Assembly: GCA_007129655.1 (NCBI GenBank)
Contig: SKVC01000063.1
Coordinates: 1 to 35,590, forward strand
Direction of reading: 5' to 3'
Source of the DNA: Thermoplasmata archaeon
GTDB taxonomy: Archaea > Thermoplasmatota > Thermoplasmata > Halarchaeoplasmatales > Halarchaeoplasmataceae
Length of the DNA: 35,590 bases
The translations under genes were made by a program, and so were the position numbers. Of the stretch, positions 26,543-35,590 are shown piece after piece. Below the pieces are notes generated by a model that was not told the origin of the DNA, did not search any database, and worked only from the letters and a program-made list of their open reading frames with translations. Every line of letters starts with the position of its first letter. Position 1 is the stretch's first letter.

Positions 26543-28297
26543 ATGCCTGCAGTTCATCTGGGACGTTTGGAGTTACATTGGTGTCCAAATTGCAATGTTC
26601 CTTTATTGAATGGAGATACTTGTGGAATTTGTTCCCAAGAACCAGATCCAGTAAAGGTGACTCCTCCGGGAGATGTAAGGCCGGCTTTTGAGTACGATAT
26701 AGAATTGATAAGGAAGACCATCGACCTCCAATGGGGAGACGGATATTCCGAACGTATCTTTTCAGAAAACAAGATAGTTCTTCTAAATAGCTGCCCGAAT
26801 CTCGACCGAATGGATGAGGTGATCGTCGACGGCAGAGTAGTGGGAACCCTTAGATACGATCTCAGAAGACGATTTGCAGATAAATTCCCCTATCAGTTTA
26901 TTCTAAGACGATGGGATGCCTTGCCCACTCCGGAAAAAGGATATGTGCTCATGGATAAAGGAGCGGTGAAACCTATAAAGAACGGGGCCAGTGCTTTGGC
27001 AGTAGGCATAATGGAGGCAGATGAGGATATAGAACCGGAAGATGAAGTATTGATTTTAGACCCGGACGGCCGGGTGATCGCTACCGGCCCCTCTTACAGA
27101 GATGGTAAAGAGCTATTGGAGGCGGCCTACGGTAAAGGGGTCAAGGTAAGGTGGAAGGCGGCGGATCATCGACCGAAAAGCGGCGAACAGGACTGGGATC
27201 TCGTACTAAAAGCTAACGATCAAAATATCGGTTCAATGGTAGATAAGGCCATCGAATTCATAGAAGACAAAGTAAAGGAGATATCACTGCCAACCGCAGT
27301 ATCATACAGCGGAGGTAAAGATTCTTTGGCTACACTATTACTTGTGATCGAAGCAGGGATAGATACGGACATGCTCTTCGTAGATACCGGTATCGAGCTA
27401 CCTGAAACCATCGAAAACGTAAGAAAGACTGCAGAAAGATATGATCTGAATCTTAAGACCAAAACGACCGAAGGAGGTTACTGGGACAGTGTAGAATACT
27501 TCGGTCCTTCGGCAAGGGATTACCGCTGGTGTTGTAAAACATGTAAGCTCGGCCCCATCGCGGGATTGATCAAAGAAGAATACAAAGACGGTGTGCTTTC
27601 TTTCATCGGCCAGAGACGGTATGAATCCGAGAATCGGATGCAGCATGGAGATACCTGGGATAATCCGTGGATACCGGGCCAGGTAGGAACGTCGCCTATA
27701 CAAAATTGGACCGCACTCCATGTATGGATGTATCTCTTCTCCCGGGAAGCGGAATACAATCCATGGTACGAAAGAGGTTTCGAAAGGATCGGTTGCTGGC
27801 TGTGTCCTGCATCCGACTTGGCGGAATTAGAGATACTTAGAGATAACTTTGAGGAGTACCAGAGATTCGAGGATGTACTAAAGGAATACTCCCAAAGGGT
27901 CGGACTGTCTGATGAATGGATCGAGTACGGAATGTGGAGGTGGCTTCAGCCTCCGGGAGAGATGATAGCTATGCTCGAAGATAGGGGAGTCGTATTCGAA
28001 AAAACAGTACAGACAGATATAAAATTGCCCGATAAGGATGGTATCCTATCCGACGAAAGGACGGTAAAGCTTATAGATTCCATCGGTAAAGAGCTATCCG
28101 ATAAAGAACTAGGGGAACTTTATCTGCGTGCAAATCACTGTGTAGAATGTGGTATCTGTGCAGCTAGATGTCCCCAGGATGCCATAGTGATTGAAGAGGG
28201 TATAACAATAGACAGTGAAAGATGTGATTCTTGCGGCGTCTGTATCAGTAGTAAATGCCCTGTATTAGAATTCAAGGTGCGCTCGAATAACTCTTAA
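26543..28297 (+). CDS. PAPS-reductase-family (PP-loop) protein with zinc knuckle, PUA and C-terminal 2x[4Fe-4S] domains
   Basis: WCPNCNVP..CGIC, PUA-like region, SYSGGKDS, WCCKTCK, RIGCWLCP, CVECGICAARCP and CDSCGVC. Likely start MPAVHLG at 26543. Confidence 0.88.
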   Translation: MPAVHLGRLELHWCPNCNVPLLNGDTCGICSQEPDPVKVTPPGDVRPAFEYDIELIRKTIDLQWGDGYSERIFSENKIVLLNSCPNLDRMDEVIVDGRVVGTLRYDLRRRFADKFPYQFILRRWDALPTPEKGYVLMDKGAVKPIKNGASALAVGIMEADEDIEPEDEVLILDPDGRVIATGPSYRDGKELLEAAYGKGVKVRWKAADHRPKSGEQDWDLVLKANDQNIGSMVDKAIEFIEDKVKEISLPTAVSYSGGKDSLATLLLVIEAGIDTDMLFVDTGIELPETIENVRKTAERYDLNLKTKTTEGGYWDSVEYFGPSARDYRWCCKTCKLGPIAGLIKEEYKDGVLSFIGQRRYESENRMQHGDTWDNPWIPGQVGTSPIQNWTALHVWMYLFSREAEYNPWYERGFERIGCWLCPASDLAELEILRDNFEEYQRFEDVLKEYSQRVGLSDEWIEYGMWRWLQPPGEMIAMLEDRGVVFEKTVQTDIKLPDKDGILSDERTVKLIDSIGKELSDKELGELYLRANHCVECGICAARCPQDAIVIEEGITIDSERCDSCGVCISSKCPVLEFKVRSNNS

Positions 28298-29342
28298 AAA
28301 TATCCAAAACAACCGACGAAGCTGCGTCTGTTTTGAAAGCTGTAGGTGAGAAATGTGTTTTTACAGATTTATTGTTTCTTTCACGAAGCTCTGTGATGAT
28401 ATAATCAAGGGGAGGGGGAGGTAATTTAAGATATTTAGATATGATGGAATTATCATAGAAAAACGGGGGCATTGAAGATTCTTTTTTCCACATCTCTAAA
28501 GATCCTTCTTCCATGGTTCCAACGGATGTCATCCTCTCCAATATTTTCTTGGAGAATAACTGACCGGTCCACAGCGGTCCTGTTTTTTTGCCCTCTTCCC
28601 AGTCGTACTCTCCGAAATCGTAGCGGCCCAGCTTCTGAAGTGCATCATCGGCTTTTTTTGCCCCGGCTTCTAGTTTAACGTAAACACGAAAATGATGTCC
28701 ATCGTAATAAGATAGTAAAGGAACTGCGGCTCGATCGTATCTGGCTGCTTCACGAACAACGTGTCCGATCAAAATTCGCAAGCCATTTTCGTGTCGGCAC
28801 CAGTTATTCTCCGGTCGAGCCGAATAAAGACGTAGACATTTTTTGGTATAAGTACCGCACAAAACCGAAGTGTCAGTGGCACTTAAACCGACTACTCCGT
28901 TTCTAGCTGTATAACGGAGAACCGTAGGTAAAAACGGTACCGGGGTCCCGAATGGATCCAGATCCACATAATCATACTTACAACGATTGTTGAGCAGATG
29001 AGATTCTATTGATTCGTTGAAAATATCAACATCCACATCATTGATAGCTGCATTTTTTTTCATCAGTTTAATCGACTCGTGAGATACGTCTGTTAGAGTA
29101 ACTTCGCCCGAATAGAGTTCGTTAGCCATCCTGATACCTCGGATCCCAGAAGCGGCCATTCCATCGAGTAAATTCTTTCCATTTACATCCCACGCCTTAA
29201 GGAACGATATGGATATGTCCCTGTTCATCTCCATAGCAGGATTGTAAAAAACCGGTAGATCGGTACCTCTCGGTCCCGGGCCTTTTTTGTGCTCGGGAAC
29301 AAATACTTCTGTTTCACCTTCTGATAACTTCACGAGTTTCAA
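28272..29342 (-). CDS. trm1: tRNA (guanine-26/10 N2)-dimethyltransferase Trm1
   Basis: VFYNPAMEMNRD, ASGIRGIR, DLDPFGTP, SATDT..LCG, GPLWTG and THFSP..FKTDA. Confidence 0.93.
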   Translation of the reverse strand: MKLVKLSEGETEVFVPEHKKGPGPRGTDLPVFYNPAMEMNRDISISFLKAWDVNGKNLLDGMAASGIRGIRMANELYSGEVTLTDVSHESIKLMKKNAAINDVDVDIFNESIESHLLNNRCKYDYVDLDPFGTPVPFLPTVLRYTARNGVVGLSATDTSVLCGTYTKKCLRLYSARPENNWCRHENGLRILIGHVVREAARYDRAAVPLLSYYDGHHFRVYVKLEAGAKKADDALQKLGRYDFGEYDWEEGKKTGPLWTGQLFSKKILERMTSVGTMEEGSLEMWKKESSMPPFFYDNSIISKYLKLPPPPLDYIITELRERNNKSVKTHFSPTAFKTDAASSVVLDIFKSYSSAP

Positions 29343-29911
29343 GAATAACCGCCTTTGAGCTCATCTTTTATTAATTCAACCACCTTATGCGGTAAAATTC
29401 CCTTGTTGATCTCAGTTAACTCGAATATCCGTACATCGTCCCTCTTGCGTACGTCCTGCAGGAGCTTGTTTCTCGATTTTTTGTGGAACGTAAGTATGAG
29501 GGGTTTATCTACCTCAAAAACAGCCTTTACAACTTCGTTAAATCTTTCACTTTGTACGTGCATCTTACCGGCTTCGTCGACCAGTATCACATCGTCTCTG
29601 AGTGCCGCATCTTCTATCGCCTTTACGCCAACTTCTTCGAGATTTTCAATATCAACGTTATAACCATCTATATTAACCGATGAATCTAGATGTAAATGAG
29701 CTAATATCGCCTTTTCTTTTGTCCGCCAATTCATCACTTGATATCCCACAATCCGGTTGTCCTCCATTATTGGCTCTGTAAGCAATCCTCCTACACTGAT
29801 TCCTTCTTCATTTAGCATTTCGATTATCTTTTTGAGGGACTCGGTCTTGTCCACACCGAACAAACCACTTATACCGATTTTTAAACTTTGTACCATCTTA
29901 TCTGAACCCAT
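29339..29911 (-). CDS. NTPase of the THEP1/NTPase_1 family
   Basis: KIGISG.FG..KT, VGGLLT, ILVDEAGKM and PLILTFHKKSR. Walker A is degenerate. Confidence 0.85.
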   Translation of the reverse strand: MGSDKMVQSLKIGISGLFGVDKTESLKKIIEMLNEEGISVGGLLTEPIMEDNRIVGYQVMNWRTKEKAILAHLHLDSSVNIDGYNVDIENLEEVGVKAIEDAALRDDVILVDEAGKMHVQSERFNEVVKAVFEVDKPLILTFHKKSRNKLLQDVRKRDDVRIFELTEINKGILPHKVVELIKDELKGGYS

Positions 29912-29947
29912 AATAGTGTTCTACCTAAAATAATTATTCTATCGAAA

Positions 29948-30334
29948 TCAGCCTATCGATTCTAGATACATAAGAGGATAATCCAATTCAGAAATATATT
30001 CCATACGGCCTACTGCTTCGACTCCTTTGAAATTAACGTAAACTTTAACTTCTAGCATATCACCGGAAAGGGTAGTGTAATCGAAAAACGCACTTTCAGT
30101 TCTGTTTTCCAGGCCTTTAGGAAGTATCTTTACTTCGGCCTTGGTTACAAAAGCCTGTCTTTCCGTGGTCTTTTCTATAGCCCTTTCAAGGATATCAAGG
30201 TTTTCGCTGCTCACAGGTGTTCCTATGAACTGATGAAATAGAGCTCCCAGCTTGATCCCCAGTTCGAAGGCGGCTCTTTCGCTGTCGTTACAGTTGAAAT
30301 AACTATCGGCTACTTGATCCATTTTTTTTGTCAT
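29948..30334 (-). CDS. mptD: Archaeal dihydroneopterin aldolase family (MptD/DUF381)
   Basis: ERAAFELGIKLGALFHQFIGTPV and DYPLMY. Confidence 0.85.
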   Translation of the reverse strand: MTKKMDQVADSYFNCNDSERAAFELGIKLGALFHQFIGTPVSSENLDILERAIEKTTERQAFVTKAEVKILPKGLENRTESAFFDYTTLSGDMLEVKVYVNFKGVEAVGRMEYISELDYPLMYLESIG

Positions 30335-31052
30335 TTTTCAACACCATCAAAGGTCCTATTATAACATATGTAAGACATATTATAGATGCTATTATCAACA
30401 GTAATAGACCCATAGGATAACTAATTTTTGCCAGAATGATGCCTGCAAAAGAGATTATAAGTAAAAATGCACCGGCGATGTATGTATTGCCTCTTAACTT
30501 AGGATAGGGAATATTTGAATAAAGTAAACTACCGAGGACAAAGGTGATCGCCAATACGGGTAAGGGTCGGTGGTTCAATAGACCTATGGATCCAAATAGG
30601 GACGAGAGTAATACCACCAGGATGGCCACCATAGGGGTCGGCAGGCCGTTGAAATATGTTTTATGGGTCTCCCGAGAAAATCGTCCCAGCCGTAATATGC
30701 CGAAGAAAACCAGCATCATCGGTATAATTGTAGCTGCCCCGTTTTGATATGACTGCCATGCTCTACCGAGCTCGACGTCATAAAATTGAGAGTAAACCAA
30801 GAGTGCCGGGGCAAAGCAGAATGATAGGGTATCCGCAAAGGTATCAATATAGGTCCCTAGAAGGTGTTCTTTGCCCAACTTTCTTGCAAGCCAACCGTCA
30901 AAGCCGTCCAAACCGATGCATAGAATTATCATGAGTGAGGACAGGAAGTATCTATCATCTATTATGTAAGTTATAGCTAAAAAACCCAGTATTCCATTTA
31001 ATATGGTGATGTAATCAGGGATGGTAAATCCCTTAGGTTTCCTCATATCCAT
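30303..31052 (-). CDS. pssA: Archaetidylserine/phosphatidylserine synthase (CDP-alcohol phosphatidyltransferase)
   Basis: DGFDGWLAR...G..ID..AD..SF..APA, ILRLGRF and FNGLPTP. Adjacent to psd. Confidence 0.88.
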   Translation of the reverse strand: MDMRKPKGFTIPDYITILNGILGFLAITYIIDDRYFLSSLMIILCIGLDGFDGWLARKLGKEHLLGTYIDTFADTLSFCFAPALLVYSQFYDVELGRAWQSYQNGAATIIPMMLVFFGILRLGRFSRETHKTYFNGLPTPMVAILVVLLSSLFGSIGLLNHRPLPVLAITFVLGSLLYSNIPYPKLRGNTYIAGAFLLIISFAGIILAKISYPMGLLLLIIASIICLTYVIIGPLMVLKNDKKNGSSSR

Positions 31053-31636
31053 ACCCCCAAGGTAGTTTCTCCCGCCTTTACTAAATCACCCTTTCTTACA
31101 GAAAATGATACCTTACGGGGAAATTTCAATTCCACTCGAGAGCCAAATCGTATCATACCGATCCGCTGTCCCTTTTTTACATGCTCTCCCTTTTTTACAT
31201 AGGGTACCGTTCTACGAGCTATTATACCTGCTATCTGTGTTACAGTTACCATCCCGTAGTCGGTTTCTATTTTGAATGTCTGCCTTTCGTTGTTTTGGCA
31301 ATCTTCTACGTTCGCAGGTCTGTGTTGCCCCGGTATGTGTTCTATTGAGATCATCTGTCCGGAGACCGGGCTTCTGTTCACGTGAACGTTATGGATACCC
31401 ATGTAAACGGTTAATGCACCCTTATCCAATTTGATTATCTTACCATCGGCCGGGGAAACAATACCGGATGATATTTGCCTCTCAGGATCTCTGAAGAAGA
31501 TGATAGCTATGAATAGGATCACAAGCTGTATTACCGACACGACCATCAGAACCGGATAAAAAATAGACAATATAAGAACTAATAGTAAAGATACGGATAT
31601 CAAGACCAGCGGTACTCCGGCTCCTTCTGCCAACAT
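31043..31636 (-). CDS. psd: Archaetidylserine/phosphatidylserine decarboxylase proenzyme
   Basis: FFRDPER, VSPADG, VHVNRSP, QIAG..ARR and GMIRFGSRV (pyruvoyl site). Confidence 0.92.
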   Translation of the reverse strand: MLAEGAGVPLVLISVSLLLVLILSIFYPVLMVVSVIQLVILFIAIIFFRDPERQISSGIVSPADGKIIKLDKGALTVYMGIHNVHVNRSPVSGQMISIEHIPGQHRPANVEDCQNNERQTFKIETDYGMVTVTQIAGIIARRTVPYVKKGEHVKKGQRIGMIRFGSRVELKFPRKVSFSVRKGDLVKAGETTLGVWI

Positions 31637-31681
31637 CGATATCAGATATAAGAGGAGGGTAAAGGTTTTTTCGACGATGTT

Positions 31682-32815
31682 TCAGCTTACCATCTGTATG
31701 CCGTTGCCGTCATCTCCGCCTAAGACCATGTTAGCCGCACTTTCACTATCGGAATGTACGTTCGTGATCACCAATAGTATCTTGATAGTGTTCTTGAGGT
31801 CGTGTTCTATGGTGCATCCCCAGATGATCCTAGCTTCGGGTGAAATTCTCGAGTTGACCAGTTCGGCTGCACGTTCGGCTTCCTTTACCGTCATGTCTTC
31901 TCCACCGGTAACCTTGATCAAGGCGCCTTTGGCTTCACTAAGATCTATATTACCAAGTAGCGGTGAACCTAGTGCTTGGTTGACTGCTTCATCGACTCGT
32001 TGATTAGGATCGTCGGATTCTCCGATGCCTATCATCGCCAGGCCGCCGTCGTCCATGATGGTTCTTACATCGTTGTAATCGAGATTGACCAGACCGGGTT
32101 TGGTTATTATCTCTGTTATTCCCTTGATCGATTCCATCAGTACCTCGTCTGCGACTTTGAACGCAGCATCCAGGGGTAAATTCGGAACCAACTCTAGAAG
32201 TTTATCGTTAGGTATCACGACGGTGGTATCACAGAATCTTTCTAGTCTCATCAGTCCTCTTTTAGCGTTATTCATCCTTTCTCTACCTTCGCCTTGGAAG
32301 GGGAAAGTAACTATACCCATCGTTAGAGCACCTTCGTCCTTAGCCATGCTTGCTATCACAGGGGCGGTTCCGGTTCCGGTTCCTCCACCCATACCTGCGG
32401 TGATGAAAACTATGTCCGAACCTTCGATGATACTTTCTAGTTCTGCCTTGGATTCCATAGCAGATTCTTCGCCCACCTCGGGCCGTGCTCCGGCACCTAG
32501 TCCTCTGGTCTTGTTTTTACCTAAAAGAACCTTTTTTTGTGCGTGGGTATGGAGTAAATGCTTTGCATCGGTATTGCATGCGATCAATTCGGCTCCGGTG
32601 ATACCTTCTTGTGTCAGACGGTCTACAGTATTGCTTCCTCCGCCTCCACAGCCGAATATCTTGATATTTACCTCCAAGGTTTCCAAAAGCTTCCGCAGTT
32701 CTTCATCTTCCGGTGCTTCGCCCTCGTCTATACGGGGTTTCTTGGTGTCATGTTCCTTTTCTCTTACATGTCTGTTAAGAGCTTCACTTACTAATTTTTC
32801 CATGAGATATCCCAT
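31682..32815 (-). CDS. ftsZ: Cell division protein FtsZ (FtsZ1-like N-terminus)
   Basis: GCGGGGSN, NTDAKHL, GMGGGTGTG and GLVNLDYNDV. Start may be 32803. Confidence 0.97.
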   Translation of the reverse strand: MGYLMEKLVSEALNRHVREKEHDTKKPRIDEGEAPEDEELRKLLETLEVNIKIFGCGGGGSNTVDRLTQEGITGAELIACNTDAKHLLHTHAQKKVLLGKNKTRGLGAGARPEVGEESAMESKAELESIIEGSDIVFITAGMGGGTGTGTAPVIASMAKDEGALTMGIVTFPFQGEGRERMNNAKRGLMRLERFCDTTVVIPNDKLLELVPNLPLDAAFKVADEVLMESIKGITEIITKPGLVNLDYNDVRTIMDDGGLAMIGIGESDDPNQRVDEAVNQALGSPLLGNIDLSEAKGALIKVTGGEDMTVKEAERAAELVNSRISPEARIIWGCTIEHDLKNTIKILLVITNVHSDSESAANMVLGGDDGNGIQMVS

Positions 32816-32858
32816 CCATATTTTTATTCACAATGAAGGTAAAGAGGTATATAAGGAT

Positions 32859-32981
32859 TGTCATTCAATGTCAGATAATGTTTTATGGCACTGGCTCCCG
32901 ATTTACGATGTCAGAATATCATTGGTGATCATCTATATTGTTGCTATTTGTCAGACAATAAGGTATTTAACGTCAGACAAT
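32859..32981. promoter_or_regulatory. Repeated TGTCAGA(C/T)AAT boxes upstream of ftsZ and wecB
   Basis: Copies at 32869, 32909, 32949 and 32971, plus a degenerate one at 32859, abutting the ftsZ TATA box (minus-strand TTATATA, 32848-32854). Confidence 0.6.
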
Positions 32982-33056
32982 TTTTCATGATAACAATTGA
33001 TCTCTCGAGAAAATTGTATCGATAAATTATTTATCCATGAGATGATGGCGTAACAC

Positions 33057-34130
33057 ATGAAGATCGCTGTAGTTGTGGGCACTAGACCCGAGATAATCAA
33101 GATGTCACCGGTTGTCAGAGCGCTTAAAGATAGAGATGCGGATTTTCAACTGATACACACAGGCCAGCATTATGACCATTATGTTTCGGACATATTCTTT
33201 AAAGAGCTAGAACTCCAGAAGCCAGACGTACATCTATCGATAGGGAGCGGAAGCCAGGCAGAGCAAACCGGAAAGGCACTTATACGGTTGGAGGAAGCGT
33301 TCAAAAATTACGATGTCGATCTAGTTCTAGTCCAGGGCGACACGAATACGGTTCTAGCCGGTGCGCTTGCAGGGGCGAAGCTGGGAATTAAAGTAGGACA
33401 TGTAGAAGCGGGTTTACGCAGCTATGATCTAAGGATGCCGGAAGAACACAACCGTAGAGTAACCGATCATCTGGCAGATATGTTATTTGCACCCACGGAG
33501 GAATCTGCAGACATACTGAGGGGAGAAAAAGTCATGGGGGCCGTACATGTAACCGGTAATACAGTCATCGATGCCTGTATACAGAACATGGAACTTGCGG
33601 AGGATAAAGCCGACTTAGATTTCGATACTCCGGGAGATTTCGTTTTGATAACGGCCCATCGCGCGGAGAATGTAGATAACAGAAAGGTTCTGAAACAACT
33701 TGTAGAAATATTCGAGGGGATACCAAGAAAGAAGGTATATCCCATCCATCCGAGAGCGGAGAAGATGTTCAAGAAAACCGGTCTTTACGAAGATTTGAAG
33801 AGTATCAAAGGGATGCACGTCGTAAAACCCCAGGGATACTTTGAATTCTTGGTACTTATGAAGCGAGCGAAATACATACTGACCGATAGCGGAGGGATCC
33901 AGGAGGAGGCCACTGCGCCGAACATAAACCGAAAGGTTTTCGTGCTTAGGGATTCCACCGAGAGACCGGAAGCGATCGATTCGGGGCATGCGGAAGTTGT
34001 GGGAACCGATCCAGACAATGTTCTACAAGCGATCGATAGGTTTGAGGAGAATAAATGGAAAGGCGGAAGATGCCCCTACGGCGACGGTAAAGCAGGCCAA
34101 CGGATCGTAGATATAATATTACAAGATTGA
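33057..34130 (+). CDS. wecB: UDP-N-acetylglucosamine 2-epimerase (non-hydrolysing)
   Basis: GTRPEIIK, HTGQHYD, VQGDTNT, HVEAGLRS, TDSGGIQEEA and PYGDGKA. Confidence 0.96.
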   Translation: MKIAVVVGTRPEIIKMSPVVRALKDRDADFQLIHTGQHYDHYVSDIFFKELELQKPDVHLSIGSGSQAEQTGKALIRLEEAFKNYDVDLVLVQGDTNTVLAGALAGAKLGIKVGHVEAGLRSYDLRMPEEHNRRVTDHLADMLFAPTEESADILRGEKVMGAVHVTGNTVIDACIQNMELAEDKADLDFDTPGDFVLITAHRAENVDNRKVLKQLVEIFEGIPRKKVYPIHPRAEKMFKKTGLYEDLKSIKGMHVVKPQGYFEFLVLMKRAKYILTDSGGIQEEATAPNINRKVFVLRDSTERPEAIDSGHAEVVGTDPDNVLQAIDRFEENKWKGGRCPYGDGKAGQRIVDIILQD

Positions 34131-34228
34131 GTGTATAAGAAATAGACGATTTTTTACAATATAATCTGGTCATCGACTATGGATAGGGAAATCTATTTAT
34201 GCATTAAAAGGTATAACAGTGTGATATA

Positions 34229-35590
34229 ATGGTCTTCAGAAGAACATTGATTTTGGTTATCACATTTGTGTTGTTAGTGGGTATGTTGTCTTTTGATAAT
34301 GGTTTTATTCTAGGAAAAGGCTCTTCTAATTCATATTCGAAAATATCCGGTAACCATTATTCCGGTGAAGGTACGCTGGAAGATCCTTATATGATATATG
34401 ACATAAATGACTTGCAGGCTATCAATGAAAATTTGAACGCTCATTATGCGTTAGCCAACGACATCGATGCTAGTGATACTATGAGTTGGAACTTCGGTTC
34501 CGGGTTCCAACCCTTGGGGCCAGGTCCATACGACAATAATGCGAATTACTTTAAAGGCAGTTTGGATGGTCGTAATCATGTAATAAGTGGATTACACATA
34601 AATCGCCTTGAAGAAGGCCAGATCGGCTTATTCGGATGCATAGACTGGACAGGAACTGTGAAGGATTTGGGTTTAATAGACCACAATGTAACCGGAGGTA
34701 ATCATGTGGGTGCACTTGTAGGTTACAACGAAGGTACGCTTTCCAATACTTATGCAGACGGGAATATCACCGGCATAAGTACCGTCGGAGGACTTGTAGG
34801 ATGGAACTATTGGGGTGAGGTGAAAAATTCTTACGCAGCAGGAAAAACAGTCGGATTATGCTGCGGCGGTGGATTGATAGGTGGTGACTCTGTAGGGATA
34901 ATAGAGAATTCGTTTTATGACAAGGAAACAACTGGTAGGTCCGATACTGGTAGAGGTGTAGGTAAAACCACATCGGAGATGATGACTATAACCACTTTTG
35001 AAGAAGCTGATTGGGATATAATCGCAGTGGATGATTTCAACATCAGAGACACCAATTTTACATGGAATATTGTGAACGAGAAAAGCTATCCATTTTTGAG
35101 TGGTATGGCTGTATCGATGAGAGAATATTCGCTACAAATAGAAGTCATGGGTCAGGGTTCGACCATCCCAGCTCCCGGTACACACATATTTACTGATGGT
35201 CAAGAAGTGCGGATAGATACGATCTCCGAACTAGAGTGGGTATTTAGCCACTGGACGGACGATGAAGGACTTATTTCCAAAGATGATAATATAGTTATCA
35301 CTATGGACGGAGATAAGTTTCTTACGGCACATTTTACAGTAAGAGAAGCTATAAACCCCCCAATAGTAAACATAATTACTCCCGAAAACGAAGATATTTT
35401 TGATACGTGGAGTATAATATTAGAGTGGGTTTCCGAGGAAGGGACTTACCCTATAATACACTATAAGATAAGGTTTAACCACGGAGATTGGTATAACATC
35501 GGTGTACTTGATTCCTATCTTTTAGAAAATTTAGAAGATGGGGAACACAATGGTTCATTGAAAGTAGTCGATGAGATGGGTAACGAAAAT
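34229..35590 (+). CDS. Secreted GLUG-motif surface protein with InlB-B/Flg_new-like and Ig-like domains (runs off window; absent from ORF track)
   Basis: Manual translation MVFRRTLILVITFVLLVG...GEGTLEDPYMI...HYALANDIDAS...FKGSLDG...VGALVGYN...VGGLVGWN...WVFSHWT...PPIVNIITP. No stop before the window end. Confidence 0.85.
   Translation, partial: MVFRRTLILVITFVLLVGMLSFDNGFILGKGSSNSYSKISGNHYSGEGTLEDPYMIYDINDLQAINENLNAHYALANDIDASDTMSWNFGSGFQPLGPGPYDNNANYFKGSLDGRNHVISGLHINRLEEGQIGLFGCIDWTGTVKDLGLIDHNVTGGNHVGALVGYNEGTLSNTYADGNITGISTVGGLVGWNYWGEVKNSYAAGKTVGLCCGGGLIGGDSVGIIENSFYDKETTGRSDTGRGVGKTTSEMMTITTFEEADWDIIAVDDFNIRDTNFTWNIVNEKSYPFLSGMAVSMREYSLQIEVMGQGSTIPAPGTHIFTDGQEVRIDTISELEWVFSHWTDDEGLISKDDNIVITMDGDKFLTAHFTVREAINPPIVNIITPENEDIFDTWSIILEWVSEEGTYPIIHYKIRFNHGDWYNIGVLDSYLLENLEDGEHNGSLKVVDEMGNEN

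Noticed and set aside
32085-32990. 301-aa ORF antisense to ftsZ, and other antisense ORFs in the track
   Set aside because: Shadow frames of conserved genes with no independent motifs.
1-35590. tRNA/rRNA genes, transposase or integrase
   Set aside because: No cloverleaf or rRNA-like sequence and no DDE, tyrosine or serine recombinase motifs were recognised by eye.

Overview
Archaeal chromosomal window, most likely Thermoplasmatota (inferred from gene set, protein style, TATA boxes and PEF-CTERM tails). The left core block holds the smc 3' part, scpA, ABCE1/RLI, a zinc-ribbon membrane protein, tgtA, iscS, an ACT protein, an 8-gene Mrp/Mnh operon in MbhA-H order, rpl37e, lsm and tmk. The right core block holds the thermosome, a PAPS-reductase-like PUA/Fe-S protein, trm1, an NTPase, mptD, pssA/psd, ftsZ, wecB and a GLUG surface protein. 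Between them is an ~11 kb accessory island (~13250-24620) bracketed by a 16-bp direct repeat with dyad structure. It carries an MntA-HepT toxin-antitoxin pair, two PEF-CTERM-anchored BNR/Asp-box propeller proteins and two large secreted proteins that share an N-terminal chassis but have different C-terminal modules. It also holds an orphan frameshifted C-terminal module, a stranded PEF-CTERM tail and a regularly spaced hairpin array. This looks like a recombination-shuffled surface-protein cassette locus and is the best candidate for an undescribed system. No recombinase or reverse transcriptase is in the window, so the mechanism is inference.
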